Part shown: piece by piece, positions 1-9,235 of the stretch
Numbering within the stretch: the stretch's first letter is position 1
Layout: each line of letters opens with the position of its first letter
Origin: a virus
Lineage: Duplodnaviria; Caudoviricetes
IMG/VR virus record: IMGVR_UViG_3300010965_000001
Span: 64,001-128,000 of that record
Direction: 5' to 3' (one strand)
DNA length: 64,000 nucleotides
The notes under the pieces: generated by a model
Seen by the model: only the letters and a program-made list of their open reading frames with translations
Told to the model about the DNA's origin: nothing
Databases searched by the model: none
Made by a program: the position numbers and the translations under genes

Positions 1-41
1 ACAGGTGCCGATAGGATTAATAGCGGTTTACTCATATACAT
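1..41 (-). CDS. 5' end of a gene running off the left edge (MYMSKPLLILSAP...), possibly another glycosyltransferase
   Basis: AGAGG-TT-ATG at 41 (in-frame second ATG at 35); frame open to position 1. N-terminus resembles phage GT-B starts, but only 13 codons are visible. Confidence 0.4.
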   Translation of the reverse strand, partial: MYMSKPLLILSAP

Positions 42-60
42 AACCTCTTTTGTTTGTGTG

Positions 61-768
61 TTATTTCGTCAACTCATTCCACTCGTTCAATTCTTTGAGC
101 GAGAGAGTTTTATCGAAAATGTTTTTTGCGTAGTTTGAAAGTATATCTATTTTGCCAGCATTACGTAATGCCTTGAAGACTAAATTCTCCGTTGAGTATT
201 CACCAGCCCTGTCAAGACCAGATTGTCTCATTACCTTTAATTTTGCCTTAATCTTATCAAGTGCCTGTTCATCTCCCTTAGCCTGTTCTATTCTACTTGA
301 AATATCTTTAACCTTAGTTAATACAGTCTCCATATCAATCTTTGGATGTGTTGGGTCTGGTTTCTTAATCCAATCACCTGTCATTAATGAATAGACTGCC
401 GCACTTGCATTTGTTTCATCCAATCCTTGAACATAACATTCTACTTCTTGTCCGTGGATTTTAATATCGTGCTCATCATTCCAAATGAACTTCTTTGCAT
501 CGACATATTCTTTTACGAATTCTCTATCATCACCAATCTTCGTAAAGTCCATGATGATATGTAAGTCGATGTCACTGAATTGTGTGTAATTGTAGTTTGC
601 TGCACTTCCGACTAAAACAACATCGGAAGGTGCAACATCTACCTTTAAGAATTTTACGAACTCTACGGCGATTTTCATTAATGCCTGTTTGACTTCTGCA
701 TTGAGAGTATCACCGTCCCATAAGTTAGGATTGAGTTCACTGTGGAATTGTAGTTTTAATTTTTTCAT
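61..768 (-). CDS. Pol-beta-superfamily nucleotidyltransferase
   Basis: GS...DIDLH motif (VGSAANYNYTQFSDIDLHII) plus a downstream acidic residue (VECY). Start moved to the ATG at 768 (MKKLKL) because 772-780 is the intergenic ATATTTATA element. Confidence 0.75.
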   Translation of the reverse strand: MKKLKLQFHSELNPNLWDGDTLNAEVKQALMKIAVEFVKFLKVDVAPSDVVLVGSAANYNYTQFSDIDLHIIMDFTKIGDDREFVKEYVDAKKFIWNDEHDIKIHGQEVECYVQGLDETNASAAVYSLMTGDWIKKPDPTHPKIDMETVLTKVKDISSRIEQAKGDEQALDKIKAKLKVMRQSGLDRAGEYSTENLVFKALRNAGKIDILSNYAKNIFDKTLSLKELNEWNELTK

Positions 769-771
769 ATC

Positions 772-780
772 TATAAATAT
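772..780 (-). promoter_or_regulatory. ATATTTATA element (representative copy); probable phage-specific/late promoter
   Basis: Exact copies on the coding strand upstream of starts at 772, 17218, 22126, 23425, 31225, 32264, 34619, 37387, 40111, 43361, 55835 and 62406 (minus) and 40171 (plus). Variants at 2765, 37019, 47159 and 53022. Confidence 0.7.
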
Positions 781-784
781 CAGA

Positions 785-1768
785 TTACGCCGTAAAAAGT
801 CCAAATTTCTTCCGTGGCTTCCAAGTTTCTAAGCAACTATCAATGTCGTGCATCAACCGTCTACTCATTTCACTTGCGGACATTCCGATTTCGGGATTTG
901 TCACGAACTCACGTCCAGCCAAACCTCTACGTTCACGTTCCTCTTTACCCAAATCATATACTGCTTTGAGTTGGAGTGCGGCTTCCTTATAGTCTGGTCT
1001 GTCATCAAATATGTAAGGAGTTGGGGGTGAACCTTGTAAGGAACGATTGCTCGGCCAGACAGGGAATGCCCACTCACCCCAAGTCAATCTGTCGTTGTTC
1101 TTCCACAAGTCACGGTCATGCAAAGTTTGAATTTCAAGATAATCCTTAGCCGTCAAGAATTTACCATCCAACTGAAATCCACATTGGTCTTGCAATCCAC
1201 CAGTGACATTGACAATAGTTGGTGTTCCAGCCATAAGACCTTCACAAGTTCCAAGACCGAATCCTTCATTACTTGCCAAGTTGATTGAAACGTCTGCTAT
1301 GTTATGAATGAGATTCATAAAATTCGGTTCCAATCGATTTGCAGAAAACACTACCTTGTAAGGACAGAGTTCTTTAACAACTGCGATAAGGTCTGTTCCA
1401 TTCTCATCGATGGGTTGTGTGTGCATTACTAACGCACATCTGTCTGCTTCTTCTTTGGAAAGCATATCACAGAACGTCTTAAATGCCAATACCACATCGC
1501 CAGGCAACTTACGTCTGATATTCCTGTTAACAAACAAGACGGAGAAGTCGAACTCTGCACCACCGTAGAAGTCACGTTTCAGTTCCGTCACAAGTTCAGA
1601 ATCTTTCTTAACGACTTCGACTTCAACATCCTTGCCTTCGGCGTCTTTTGTTATCTGTTTCAATTTATGCTCAATGTCTGTAACACGAATGGGATAGAAT
1701 ATCGTTTCGTTTATTCCATGTGGTACGTATGTAACCGTTACAGGAGCTGGTGTGTAATTTTTTTTCAT
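785..1768 (-). CDS. GT-B (family 4-like) glycosyltransferase, C-terminal nucleotide-sugar-binding half
   Basis: YVPHGI, FVNRNIRRK, NLASNEGFGLGTCEGLMAGTPTIVNVTGGLQDQ are typical Glycos_transf_1 motifs. Confidence 0.85.
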   Translation of the reverse strand: MKKNYTPAPVTVTYVPHGINETIFYPIRVTDIEHKLKQITKDAEGKDVEVEVVKKDSELVTELKRDFYGGAEFDFSVLFVNRNIRRKLPGDVVLAFKTFCDMLSKEEADRCALVMHTQPIDENGTDLIAVVKELCPYKVVFSANRLEPNFMNLIHNIADVSINLASNEGFGLGTCEGLMAGTPTIVNVTGGLQDQCGFQLDGKFLTAKDYLEIQTLHDRDLWKNNDRLTWGEWAFPVWPSNRSLQGSPPTPYIFDDRPDYKEAALQLKAVYDLGKEERERRGLAGREFVTNPEIGMSASEMSRRLMHDIDSCLETWKPRKKFGLFTA

Positions 1769-1781
1769 TTCATAACCCTTT

Positions 1782-2339
1782 TTAATTGTTGATAACTTCT
1801 GAACCTGCGTCTGTCAACACATGTGAATGTATTCCATATGATTGCTTTGAAATTGACATTATCAAATCACATGATGCGTAGAAAGGTGCATTCCACCGTG
1901 GATACGGCAAATCATCCCAAAGTGCCAAATATGTGATTGGTGCTATTTGACGGAGTTCATGTTCCATTTGATACAACCATCCCCAGAAACGCGGGTCGGT
2001 GAAGTGCATGATAACGTCAGGTTTTTCAGCGTCCATCAGCATTCGAATTATGTTTTCATCTCCGTATCCACTGCAAGGATAGAGAATGACACTTGGGTCC
2101 GTAACCTTTAATTCTTCTTCGATTGCTTGATTCAAGTCTAACTTCTTACCTGCTTCGGGATGGTTGATTGCGGCACCCAATTGCACAAAGTTGAAGTGAT
2201 GGCATGTGCCTAACACCAATTCTCTGCTCATCGTTCCTATACCCGATGGGGTACGAAGGTCGTCGCTTAGCAATAATATTTTCTTACGTTTTGCTTTTGG
2301 TAACCACGGATAACCGTTTCTAATTGTTGTTGAATCCAT
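1782..2339 (-). CDS. GT-B glycosyltransferase, N-terminal acceptor-binding half
   Basis: KILLLSDD...SGIGTMSREL, EKPDVIMHFTDP, YLALWDD, CDLIMSISKQS; ends 13 nt before the C-terminal half. Confidence 0.8.
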   Translation of the reverse strand: MDSTTIRNGYPWLPKAKRKKILLLSDDLRTPSGIGTMSRELVLGTCHHFNFVQLGAAINHPEAGKKLDLNQAIEEELKVTDPSVILYPCSGYGDENIIRMLMDAEKPDVIMHFTDPRFWGWLYQMEHELRQIAPITYLALWDDLPYPRWNAPFYASCDLIMSISKQSYGIHSHVLTDAGSEVINN

Positions 2340-2354
2340 AACCTTTTCCTTTAA

Positions 2355-2570
2355 TTAAATTGAACCGCTAACTGCAACACTTTGAAGTGTAACGGACAAG
2401 TTTGACAATTTTTGATATGTTGTGAGATATTCTTCCAACATTTCTACCAACGTATTTGCACCTGGTGCTTTGTTAATCTTTGATAGGGAAAGTTGCGACA
2501 ATGCCAAATCATTTGCAACCTTACGTTCATCGATAAATGTCTGCAATAAATCTTTTTCTGCTTGTGTCAT
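2355..2570 (-). CDS. hypothetical protein (71 aa)
   Basis: GGAGA RBS; tight packing with neighbouring genes. Confidence 0.6.
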   Translation of the reverse strand: MTQAEKDLLQTFIDERKVANDLALSQLSLSKINKAPGANTLVEMLEEYLTTYQKLSNLSVTLQSVAVSGSI

Positions 2571-2579
2571 GTTTTCTCC

Positions 2580-2735
2580 TTATGCTATACTACCACTATA
2601 ACTTGAACTGAACTGTAGTAAATATGTGTTTATTAAATCTGACCTACTTTTGACACCTTTCCTCGGAATTCGATTAAAAAAAGTAATCAAATGAGTATCG
2701 ATACTTACTGCTATTGTTGTTTTTTTCTTATCCAT
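2580..2735 (-). CDS. ribbon-helix-helix (CopG/Arc-like) DNA-binding protein, 51 aa
   Basis: GGAGAGG-TT-ATG at 2735. KKTTIAVSIDTHL...SRSDLINTYL fits the beta-strand/helix/helix RHH pattern. Confidence 0.55.
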   Translation of the reverse strand: MDKKKTTIAVSIDTHLITFFNRIPRKGVKSRSDLINTYLLQFSSSYSGSIA

Positions 2736-2799
2736 AACCTCTCCTTGTATTTGTTCCATACCTATATAAGTATATGGAAGCAGGAGAAAAAACGCCATA

Positions 2800-3216
2800 T
2801 TATGAAAATATTTTCAAATTTTTCATTTCTTCTTTTTTGGCTTTTTGGATAATTAAGTAGACGGCATCCGTCTTTTCGACACTTCTTGATACGAATCCAA
2901 ATATACCGCGGCAGTATTTGATAACACTGTCGTTTCTTACGTGAAACCACTTTGGATTGAAAGGTTGGTTGAATTTATACTCATTAGAGTCATGTGCATC
3001 TAAGTTAAAATGTTCATCAAAACGGAGAATATCTGTATGATAGATTCCCTGTTCCTTAACGAACTTTTTAATATCATCGTGCATATAGTTGTCGGTGATT
3101 TGGCATATTTCTAAGGCATCACCTAATTTTTGTTTTGCTTCAAAAATGGTATTCTTGATTAATGTCAAATTTGCATAATCTTTAGATACCACGATTGCTA
3201 CAGGATATTCTTTCAT
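2800..3216 (-). CDS. hypothetical protein, possibly degenerate SLOG/DUF2493-like
   Basis: VAIVVSKDY.N...IKNTI and FHVRNDSVIKYC resemble SLOG-family phage proteins; the Gly-rich motifs are degenerate. Confidence 0.45.
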   Translation of the reverse strand: MKEYPVAIVVSKDYANLTLIKNTIFEAKQKLGDALEICQITDNYMHDDIKKFVKEQGIYHTDILRFDEHFNLDAHDSNEYKFNQPFNPKWFHVRNDSVIKYCRGIFGFVSRSVEKTDAVYLIIQKAKKEEMKNLKIFS

Positions 3217-3219
3217 AAC

Positions 3220-3639
3220 TCACCGTTTGTTGTTTTTGCTCATTTGAAGTTGCTGTTTTGCCATCGAATAGAAATTTAGAAATGCCCGCATTATCGACTG
3301 TTCGTTCACTTCTTTAATTTCATGGACGGCTCGATTTATACATGCGGTTTTACAATCGTCGGGTGTCAATATAAGAAACCAACTATTTTTGGTATTGTAA
3401 TCATGTTTCTTGTGAATTTTTATAAATTGTTCATAGTCTTTGAAATTTGCCATGAACTTTTTAACTTGCGATTCTGTGGTTGTTCCATTGTAATAAAAAT
3501 GGTATTCAATGTTATCTGTGCCGTCTTCTTTAGCATCGTCACACTGATATTGAATCAATTCTATCACGTTCTTCTCATAGGGTTTACCTAAAATATTACA
3601 CAAGTTAGAACCACACGTTAATGTCTTTAATTGCCTCAT
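3220..3639 (-). CDS. hypothetical protein (139 aa)
   Basis: ATGA-type 4-nt overlap with the upstream nuclease gene. Confidence 0.6.
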   Translation of the reverse strand: MRQLKTLTCGSNLCNILGKPYEKNVIELIQYQCDDAKEDGTDNIEYHFYYNGTTTESQVKKFMANFKDYEQFIKIHKKHDYNTKNSWFLILTPDDCKTACINRAVHEIKEVNEQSIMRAFLNFYSMAKQQLQMSKNNKR

Positions 3640-4517
3640 AATACTTTCTTTGACGGTTTATTTTTGTCACACAAGGCTTTGTCTTTGGCGAACTCACAAT
3701 ACTTGCATGCTTTTGGTGAAGGTAATTTAGTATATTCTTTGAGAATGTAATTTCCATCACCATCAAAACAATCATCCATGAATGCTTGGAAATTCTGCGT
3801 AATCTTTTTAACTGTTACTTTACCTGACGCTGGTTCTACTCGCTGAAATCGTTTCTGTGGGAAGTCACTATACTCCATCAATTTACGTTTAAGGATAATG
3901 AACTCAACGTGAATTTGGTCGATTGGTATGTTATACTGTTGTGCGTAAAATTTCTTGTAAAGAATCAACTGTGCTGTTTTTGCTTCATCCTTCTTAACAG
4001 TATCTCTCCACCCCATAGTAGAAGTCTTGAAGTCGTAGATGTAAATGTCTCCACTTAAATCATCCTTGATAACAACGTCAAGATAACCCACGAAGTTCAT
4101 TGTCTCTCCCAACTTAATGTCAATGGGAACTTCAACTCCTACCAATGAGTAACCCTTCTTAGAGAAGTAATCTCCTCTGTGACGTTTGAAGTAGTTTATG
4201 ATTTCAAGTCCATCGTTATAGAACTCCAACATTTGCTCCTTACTCGTATATTCGATGAAGTTATCTGATTTCTTACTCTCCAAGTACAACTCACCCATCT
4301 TCTTACGAAGCATCTCGGGCATGTCCAATGCATCTGCGGCTACTGCCGTATCTGCATACATAACCGTTAGATATTCCTGTAAAATGTGATGGACTGCCGT
4401 TCCAAACAGCATGTGAATACTTTCCGTGAATACCTTCAAATCATCAATGTATGACAACTTCCATTTATGCGGACATGTAGCCCACATTGCGTACTGACTA
4501 TAACTGACTCTACCCAT
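3636..4517 (-). CDS. PD-(D/E)XK nuclease, Cas4/AddB-like with a probable Fe-S cluster
   Basis: SYSQY...TCP, FGTAVH, GYLDVV...IYDFKT, QLILY, and C-terminal CKYCEF..LC (four Cys in total). Confidence 0.85.
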   Translation of the reverse strand: MGRVSYSQYAMWATCPHKWKLSYIDDLKVFTESIHMLFGTAVHHILQEYLTVMYADTAVAADALDMPEMLRKKMGELYLESKKSDNFIEYTSKEQMLEFYNDGLEIINYFKRHRGDYFSKKGYSLVGVEVPIDIKLGETMNFVGYLDVVIKDDLSGDIYIYDFKTSTMGWRDTVKKDEAKTAQLILYKKFYAQQYNIPIDQIHVEFIILKRKLMEYSDFPQKRFQRVEPASGKVTVKKITQNFQAFMDDCFDGDGNYILKEYTKLPSPKACKYCEFAKDKALCDKNKPSKKVL

Positions 4518-5272
4518 TATATTGTAACCTCTGTAATTTGTTCCGTGACGGTAATTAATGATGTTGGATAAGGTAAGATTGGATGCTTCAACGAATTTAA
4601 TATCGCTTTCTTTTCTTTCTTATCTCCCAACAGGTAAATGTATCGGTGTTTACGTTCTTCAAGTTTTAAATAGAATGTTTTACCGATTTGTTTCTTTAAT
4701 ATGTCAATGCTATTTGAACCGTACATTGAGAAGACTGTGCGTGAATGAATCCACAATTTATCGTCAAGATTATATTTCAGTGCGTAACTGTCCACTAACC
4801 TCATGGAGTCTCCTTGATACAACCAGTTTGTGCCTTTGTATATTCCGCCGATATGTCCCGCTTGTGGGTCTGCGTATGAAATTAAAACTTTGATGGACTT
4901 ATCATTCTCTCTTAACCATTTGAATGATTGTCCGATTGCATATGATTCAATATTACTTCCATAACCATCGTGTATAAATAGTCGAGTCAATTCCAAAACT
5001 TCATTTTGTTTAACTAAATCTGATACGGAATCTGCCGCAAGTCTTCCTACAGGATAACCGTACGTCATACAACCAATGAGAGTTTCGGATTCACCTTCGA
5101 AGAAGGAATCTTCCTTTTCTTCTGTATAGAAAATTCCCAAGGCATACCGTGTTGAAGATGCCTTGTGAGAATAGTGATTTGTCTCAATCATATCCTTCGC
5201 GGCATCTTTTGAAATCAATCGAACGTTAATATTCTGTGTGATAACATACTGCTTGTTCTGTTCTTTTGGCAT
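4517..5272 (-). CDS. Mom-like (GNAT-fold) DNA adenine-modification enzyme
   Basis: IETNHYSH, IGCMTYG, LELTRLF, ESYAIGQS, LISYAD..AGHIGGIYKGTNWLYQG match the Mu Mom-family signature. Confidence 0.8.
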   Translation of the reverse strand: MPKEQNKQYVITQNINVRLISKDAAKDMIETNHYSHKASSTRYALGIFYTEEKEDSFFEGESETLIGCMTYGYPVGRLAADSVSDLVKQNEVLELTRLFIHDGYGSNIESYAIGQSFKWLRENDKSIKVLISYADPQAGHIGGIYKGTNWLYQGDSMRLVDSYALKYNLDDKLWIHSRTVFSMYGSNSIDILKKQIGKTFYLKLEERKHRYIYLLGDKKEKKAILNSLKHPILPYPTSLITVTEQITEVTI

Positions 5273-5531
5273 TTGGTATTAGATTTGGAAATTCTGATTT
5301 AAGTTTCTGCCACGCGGTATTTACTTCACGCATTTCTTCCCGCGTTAAGAATCTTTTATTTTTTGAGATGTCTTCTGATAAGTGGTAAGTATGTGAAGAC
5401 ACATGATGGATTCGTGCTCTATCTGATGGTTTGTCAGTTATCGCCAAATGCCGTTCTACTTCACGGTATGCTGAGAGTAGTTGACAAACCCTTTCAAGTT
5501 GAACGTCGAGTTTTTGATGCTTTAATTCCAT
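5226..5531 (-). CDS. hypothetical protein (101 aa)
   Basis: Fills the gap in the operon, overlapping both neighbours. Confidence 0.5.
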   Translation of the reverse strand: MELKHQKLDVQLERVCQLLSAYREVERHLAITDKPSDRARIHHVSSHTYHLSEDISKNKRFLTREEMREVNTAWQKLKSEFPNLIPNAKRTEQAVCYHTEY

Positions 5532-5982
5532 AAATTTCGTTTTCTATGATTTTATATTCCTTTTCCTGAAGTCCATACTTCCGCACGATTTCTAACAACG
5601 CTTCTTTGGATTCAGATGATTTCATATAAATATCATAATACTCTTTGATTTGCGCCTCTCCCAACTCAAAATGGCGTTTTAATATATCTAATACTTGCTG
5701 ATTATATTTTTTTTCAGTCGAAGGTTTGACATATTTCAAGAATATTTTCCGTTTTGGTATAATTTCATCATACACCTTATGCGTCCCACCCTGTTTCAAC
5801 TGTTGAGAATACTTCTGCATCTCATTGACAGTCTCAATCCACAGTGGATTCATAGACAGAAAACGATGTATCATAAACACACTATATGTCTTCTTATCAT
5901 CATCTGATAATGACTCATAATAGTTTGGGTCTGATACAGTCGTTATCTGTCCTATGTGGTCGAATAATGTTTTACGTTTCAC
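5494..5982 (-). CDS. clamp loader small subunit (T4 gp62-like)
   Basis: LFDHI..IT, YSVFMIHRFLSMN....ETVNEMQ and FLKYVK. GTG start at 5982 chosen because of the GGGG RBS. Confidence 0.7.
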   Translation of the reverse strand: MKRKTLFDHIGQITTVSDPNYYESLSDDDKKTYSVFMIHRFLSMNPLWIETVNEMQKYSQQLKQGGTHKVYDEIIPKRKIFLKYVKPSTEKKYNQQVLDILKRHFELGEAQIKEYYDIYMKSSESKEALLEIVRKYGLQEKEYKIIENEIYGIKASKTRRST

Positions 5983-6079
5983 TTCGGTCCCCAAGTTGAA
6001 ATTACCATCAATATAACAAGTATCACACAAGTAATTGCCGCTATCCTATCTTGATTGCGATTCACGAACTGTTTGACTA

Positions 6080-6313
6080 TCATTTTTCCCCCATGTTGTT
6101 AGTTATCCATTCACGAACTTCTGCGATTCGTGTTTCGACATCTTGCATTTCATCTTCCAATCTCACTGCGTTGTTAAATTCGGCAGGGAAGTCTGGATGA
6201 TAGTTTGTGATACCAAATCGTTTAATCTTCATCAACACTTGAATAACTTCTGCACATTCTTCTGCAAGACAGTCAAACGGGTCACCTATGTGTTTATATA
6301 GTTTGTTACTCAT
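6080..6313 (-). CDS. MazG-like nucleotide pyrophosphohydrolase
   Basis: LAEECAEVIQ...LEDEMQDV fits the EXXE...EXXD motif. Confidence 0.7.
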   Translation of the reverse strand: MSNKLYKHIGDPFDCLAEECAEVIQVLMKIKRFGITNYHPDFPAEFNNAVRLEDEMQDVETRIAEVREWITNNMGEK

Positions 6314-6507
6314 TTCGTCTCCGTTGAAGGTTTAGAGTATCCGTCGGGAGCCCACCCTTGACCTTTAAGATAAAAGTTAGAATGTGGAAACTTCCGCGTC
6401 ATTAATTTTCTACATGAAGGACACAACACCTGCTCATCCTTGTCTTTGACTAAGCAGGTGTCTTCTTCGTGTCCACACGTATCGCATTTGTAGTCGAATA
6501 GTGGCAT
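6310..6507 (-). CDS. FmdB-family zinc-ribbon protein
   Basis: MPLFDYKCDTCG...CPSC...FYLKGQGW. Confidence 0.85.
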   Translation of the reverse strand: MPLFDYKCDTCGHEEDTCLVKDKDEQVLCPSCRKLMTRKFPHSNFYLKGQGWAPDGYSKPSTETK

Positions 6508-6508
6508 A

Positions 6509-6940
6509 TTAGAGTATGATTAAGTTGCTTTTCAGTGGGGGAACATCTTCATCGGTCAGGTCTGGTGCATCTTCACCTACCAATTCTTCCACCTGTGCGG
6601 GATGTTCTTCGTCTTCAAATGGAAATTCAGGTTCTACTTCGGGGTCAGGTGCTACAAATTCATCCGTTGCCAAGTCTTCATCACGAACGTCTGCGATGAA
6701 ATCAAGATTGTCACCAGGGGAAGGAAGAAGTGTTCCACACGCTACACAGGTAAAAATCTGAATAGGTGCCATTGTCTCTTTACCCGATGGTGATATAAGT
6801 GCCGACACACGTTTAATAACGAACGATGAATTGAAGGTGAAGTTGTTACATGCGATACAACGCATTGTAGGTAACTGTGCGGCGTTCATCTTTGGTGCCG
6901 CCTGTGGTGCGTGATTGTGGTTCATTTTTCCGTTGCTCAT
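6509..6940 (-). CDS. zinc-ribbon protein with an acidic tail
   Basis: CIAC...CVAC pairs; D/E/P-rich C-terminus. Confidence 0.6.
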   Translation of the reverse strand: MSNGKMNHNHAPQAAPKMNAAQLPTMRCIACNNFTFNSSFVIKRVSALISPSGKETMAPIQIFTCVACGTLLPSPGDNLDFIADVRDEDLATDEFVAPDPEVEPEFPFEDEEHPAQVEELVGEDAPDLTDEDVPPLKSNLIIL

Positions 6941-6942
6941 TG

Positions 6943-7872
6943 TTATCCTCTTTTTATTTCGTTAAGTATTTTAATTATCATTGCCATTACGTGAATTTCT
7001 TTGTCGATTGCAAATGTGTCTGTCGCCTGATGCTCAGCGATGAGTAACATCGTCTGTGCGATATGTCCCTTTGCAAAATTGTCTACTTCATCATATAAAA
7101 ATCTATACAAATCAGTGTAATCTCTTACTTCATAATCTGTCAGTAGTTGACGGATTGCTTTGAATGCGTCTGCCTTCGAACCATCCTTCAAATGTTCTAA
7201 CAACTGTAACTTGTAATCTTGATTGATTATAGCCTGTTTATCAAGTTTTAATTGACCGCCGATTACCTGTTGCTGTGCGTAATTGATACACTTACGAATG
7301 TCGGGATATGTTGAAGTAACGATTGTTGCTACATCCTCTTTTGTATATGTGACATCCTCCGCCACAAGAATATTTGCAAGTCTTACTGCAATATCTCTCT
7401 TAGAGGGTGGCTTCACATTGAACACTTGACATCGACTCTGTATGGGTTCGATGATTCGTTCTACGAAGTTACACGTTAAGATAAACCGTGTAGTCTTGGA
7501 ATATGTTTCCATGATATTTCTGAGTGCCGACTGTCCAGCAGGAGTTAATCCATCCGATTCATCCAAGATAACCAGTTTGAATGTCTTGAAGGATACAGAA
7601 CTTGCAAACTCCTTAACAGTATCTCTAATGAAGTCAATCCCATTGGTGTCAGACGCGTTGATATACAGATAGTCACAATCGGTATTGTTGCCGATGATTT
7701 TGGCAAGACTTGTCTTACCTGTTCCAGCAGACCCAAATAGAAGGATATGTGGAATATCATTTGCATCGATACACCGTTGCATCTTCTCTTTTATATCATC
7801 GTTTCCTATGAAGTCTTTCAACGTCTTAGGACGATACTTCTCTACCCATATTTGATGTTCGTTATTGTCCAT
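6943..7872 (-). CDS. clamp loader large subunit (RFC/T4 gp44-like AAA+ ATPase)
   Basis: WVEKYRP, Walker A GSAGTGKT, Walker B ILDESD, SRC motif. Confidence 0.95.
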   Translation of the reverse strand: MDNNEHQIWVEKYRPKTLKDFIGNDDIKEKMQRCIDANDIPHILLFGSAGTGKTSLAKIIGNNTDCDYLYINASDTNGIDFIRDTVKEFASSVSFKTFKLVILDESDGLTPAGQSALRNIMETYSKTTRFILTCNFVERIIEPIQSRCQVFNVKPPSKRDIAVRLANILVAEDVTYTKEDVATIVTSTYPDIRKCINYAQQQVIGGQLKLDKQAIINQDYKLQLLEHLKDGSKADAFKAIRQLLTDYEVRDYTDLYRFLYDEVDNFAKGHIAQTMLLIAEHQATDTFAIDKEIHVMAMIIKILNEIKRG

Positions 7873-8137
7873 CTTCTATTAATCCTAATTTAGTTGCGGT
7901 GTTTTTAATTTTAAGTATACAGGTTTTGTATGCTTCCATGTCAGGAACACATTGCGTTGCCCAATAAATTTCAATTGGTGTCGGTAACCCGATGCTATTA
8001 TTCATATTAGCATCAAATTGCAGTCGAGTATCATATCCCGATTGCCAAGAATCTGCACATTGTTTATGCCAAGAAGAATTAAATCCTGTCTTATGATACC
8101 AACGTATCGGTCGTTTACATCCTTCACATGTTATCAT
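7862..8137 (-). CDS. hypothetical protein (91 aa)
   Basis: Translationally coupled to both neighbours. Confidence 0.55.
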   Translation of the reverse strand: MITCEGCKRPIRWYHKTGFNSSWHKQCADSWQSGYDTRLQFDANMNNSIGLPTPIEIYWATQCVPDMEAYKTCILKIKNTATKLGLIEDGQ

Positions 8138-8859
8138 TATGCGTTCACGTCCTGTTTAGATACCAAGAAATAGGTTGCTTTAAAATCGTCAACGTTGAAT
8201 GTAATTCTCATTAGACCCTTCGAACTGACTTCAATCTTACCAATCTTCGCATCTTTACTTGCGACAAGAACTTCCTTAAGATGTGCGGCTGAAAAATACG
8301 TAACAGCCATCTCATTGAATGTCTTAACGTCAATGTTGATTGCAACTTTGGTGGTATTGATATTGGAATGACCAATGACGAAATTGACTTTATCTTTTTT
8401 GGCGACAACTGCAAATTCCTTAACATCACTCAAAGCATTGGTTGCTTTGACGAAGTTATCAATGAACTTTTCGTCTACCGATAAAACCAAGTCCCATACA
8501 GGAAGGGTTTTGAGGTTTGGAACTTTTGCTATGATTGACATGTCCGACAATACATAGTTTACATCTACGTTTGAATCGGAAATCTGCAACATCACTGCCG
8601 CATCATCTTTCAGCCTAACATCGATGTCGATTGTTTCTCCAACAACGTTCAACAGTGAACGGAGTTTTGATGTTTGATTCACACCAAATTCACTCTCGGG
8701 GAAATTAGACTTCTCACAAGACACATCACCAATGATACTTTTTGTATCATCAACGAACTTGACAGAGAGGACATCATCCTTACAATGCCACACAACTGAT
8801 TCGGCACTTCCGTTCAAAAAGTATTTAGAAATGAATCTGTTTAATTTAGTTTTTTCCAT
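8137..8859 (-). CDS. DNA polymerase sliding clamp (T4 gp45-like)
   Basis: 240 aa with a two-repeat beta/alpha pattern; lies between PolB and the clamp loader; C-terminal KGLMRITF....KATYFLV. Confidence 0.8.
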   Translation of the reverse strand: MEKTKLNRFISKYFLNGSAESVVWHCKDDVLSVKFVDDTKSIIGDVSCEKSNFPESEFGVNQTSKLRSLLNVVGETIDIDVRLKDDAAVMLQISDSNVDVNYVLSDMSIIAKVPNLKTLPVWDLVLSVDEKFIDNFVKATNALSDVKEFAVVAKKDKVNFVIGHSNINTTKVAINIDVKTFNEMAVTYFSAAHLKEVLVASKDAKIGKIEVSSKGLMRITFNVDDFKATYFLVSKQDVNA

Positions 8860-9235
8860 CTTGTATCTCCTTTGTTGTAACTGATTGTTGTTGTCTTAAT
8901 AATGTAAAATGTGCGATTGCTTTGTCTATCACTTGTTCCAATGATGGAGCGCTGACGCGTTGTGGTTTCCATTCTCCAGTGCACGGTAACAACCCGTCCT
9001 TCATATGGTAGTATCGTGCCTGTTCCGTATGAAATGTCATTCTCCATACCATATCCCAATTTTCACTTGCTCTTCCCCACGGTTCAAATTCACACATACA
9101 ATCTATAGTATATAATACCGAATCGTGATGTGAGGGTCCGATTAATGAGGAGTAACCACCTAACAAGTTGAGAAGTTCCTCTAACTTTTTTGTTACATCT
9201 GAAGTATATCTTATGATTTGCATATTAGTCTCCAA
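8846..9235 (-). CDS. hypothetical protein (129 aa)
   Basis: Overlaps both neighbours in the operon. Confidence 0.55.
   Translation of the reverse strand: METNMQIIRYTSDVTKKLEELLNLLGGYSSLIGPSHHDSVLYTIDCMCEFEPWGRASENWDMVWRMTFHTEQARYYHMKDGLLPCTGEWKPQRVSAPSLEQVIDKAIAHFTLLRQQQSVTTKEIQDGKN

Noticed and set aside
3636-4517. Cas4-like nuclease as a sign of a CRISPR-Cas locus
   Set aside because: No array or other cas genes in the window; stand-alone Cas4-like nucleases are common in phages.
5625-5633. ATATTTATA copy inside the gp62-like gene
   Set aside because: One or two chance hits are expected in AT-rich DNA; not counted as a promoter without TSS data.
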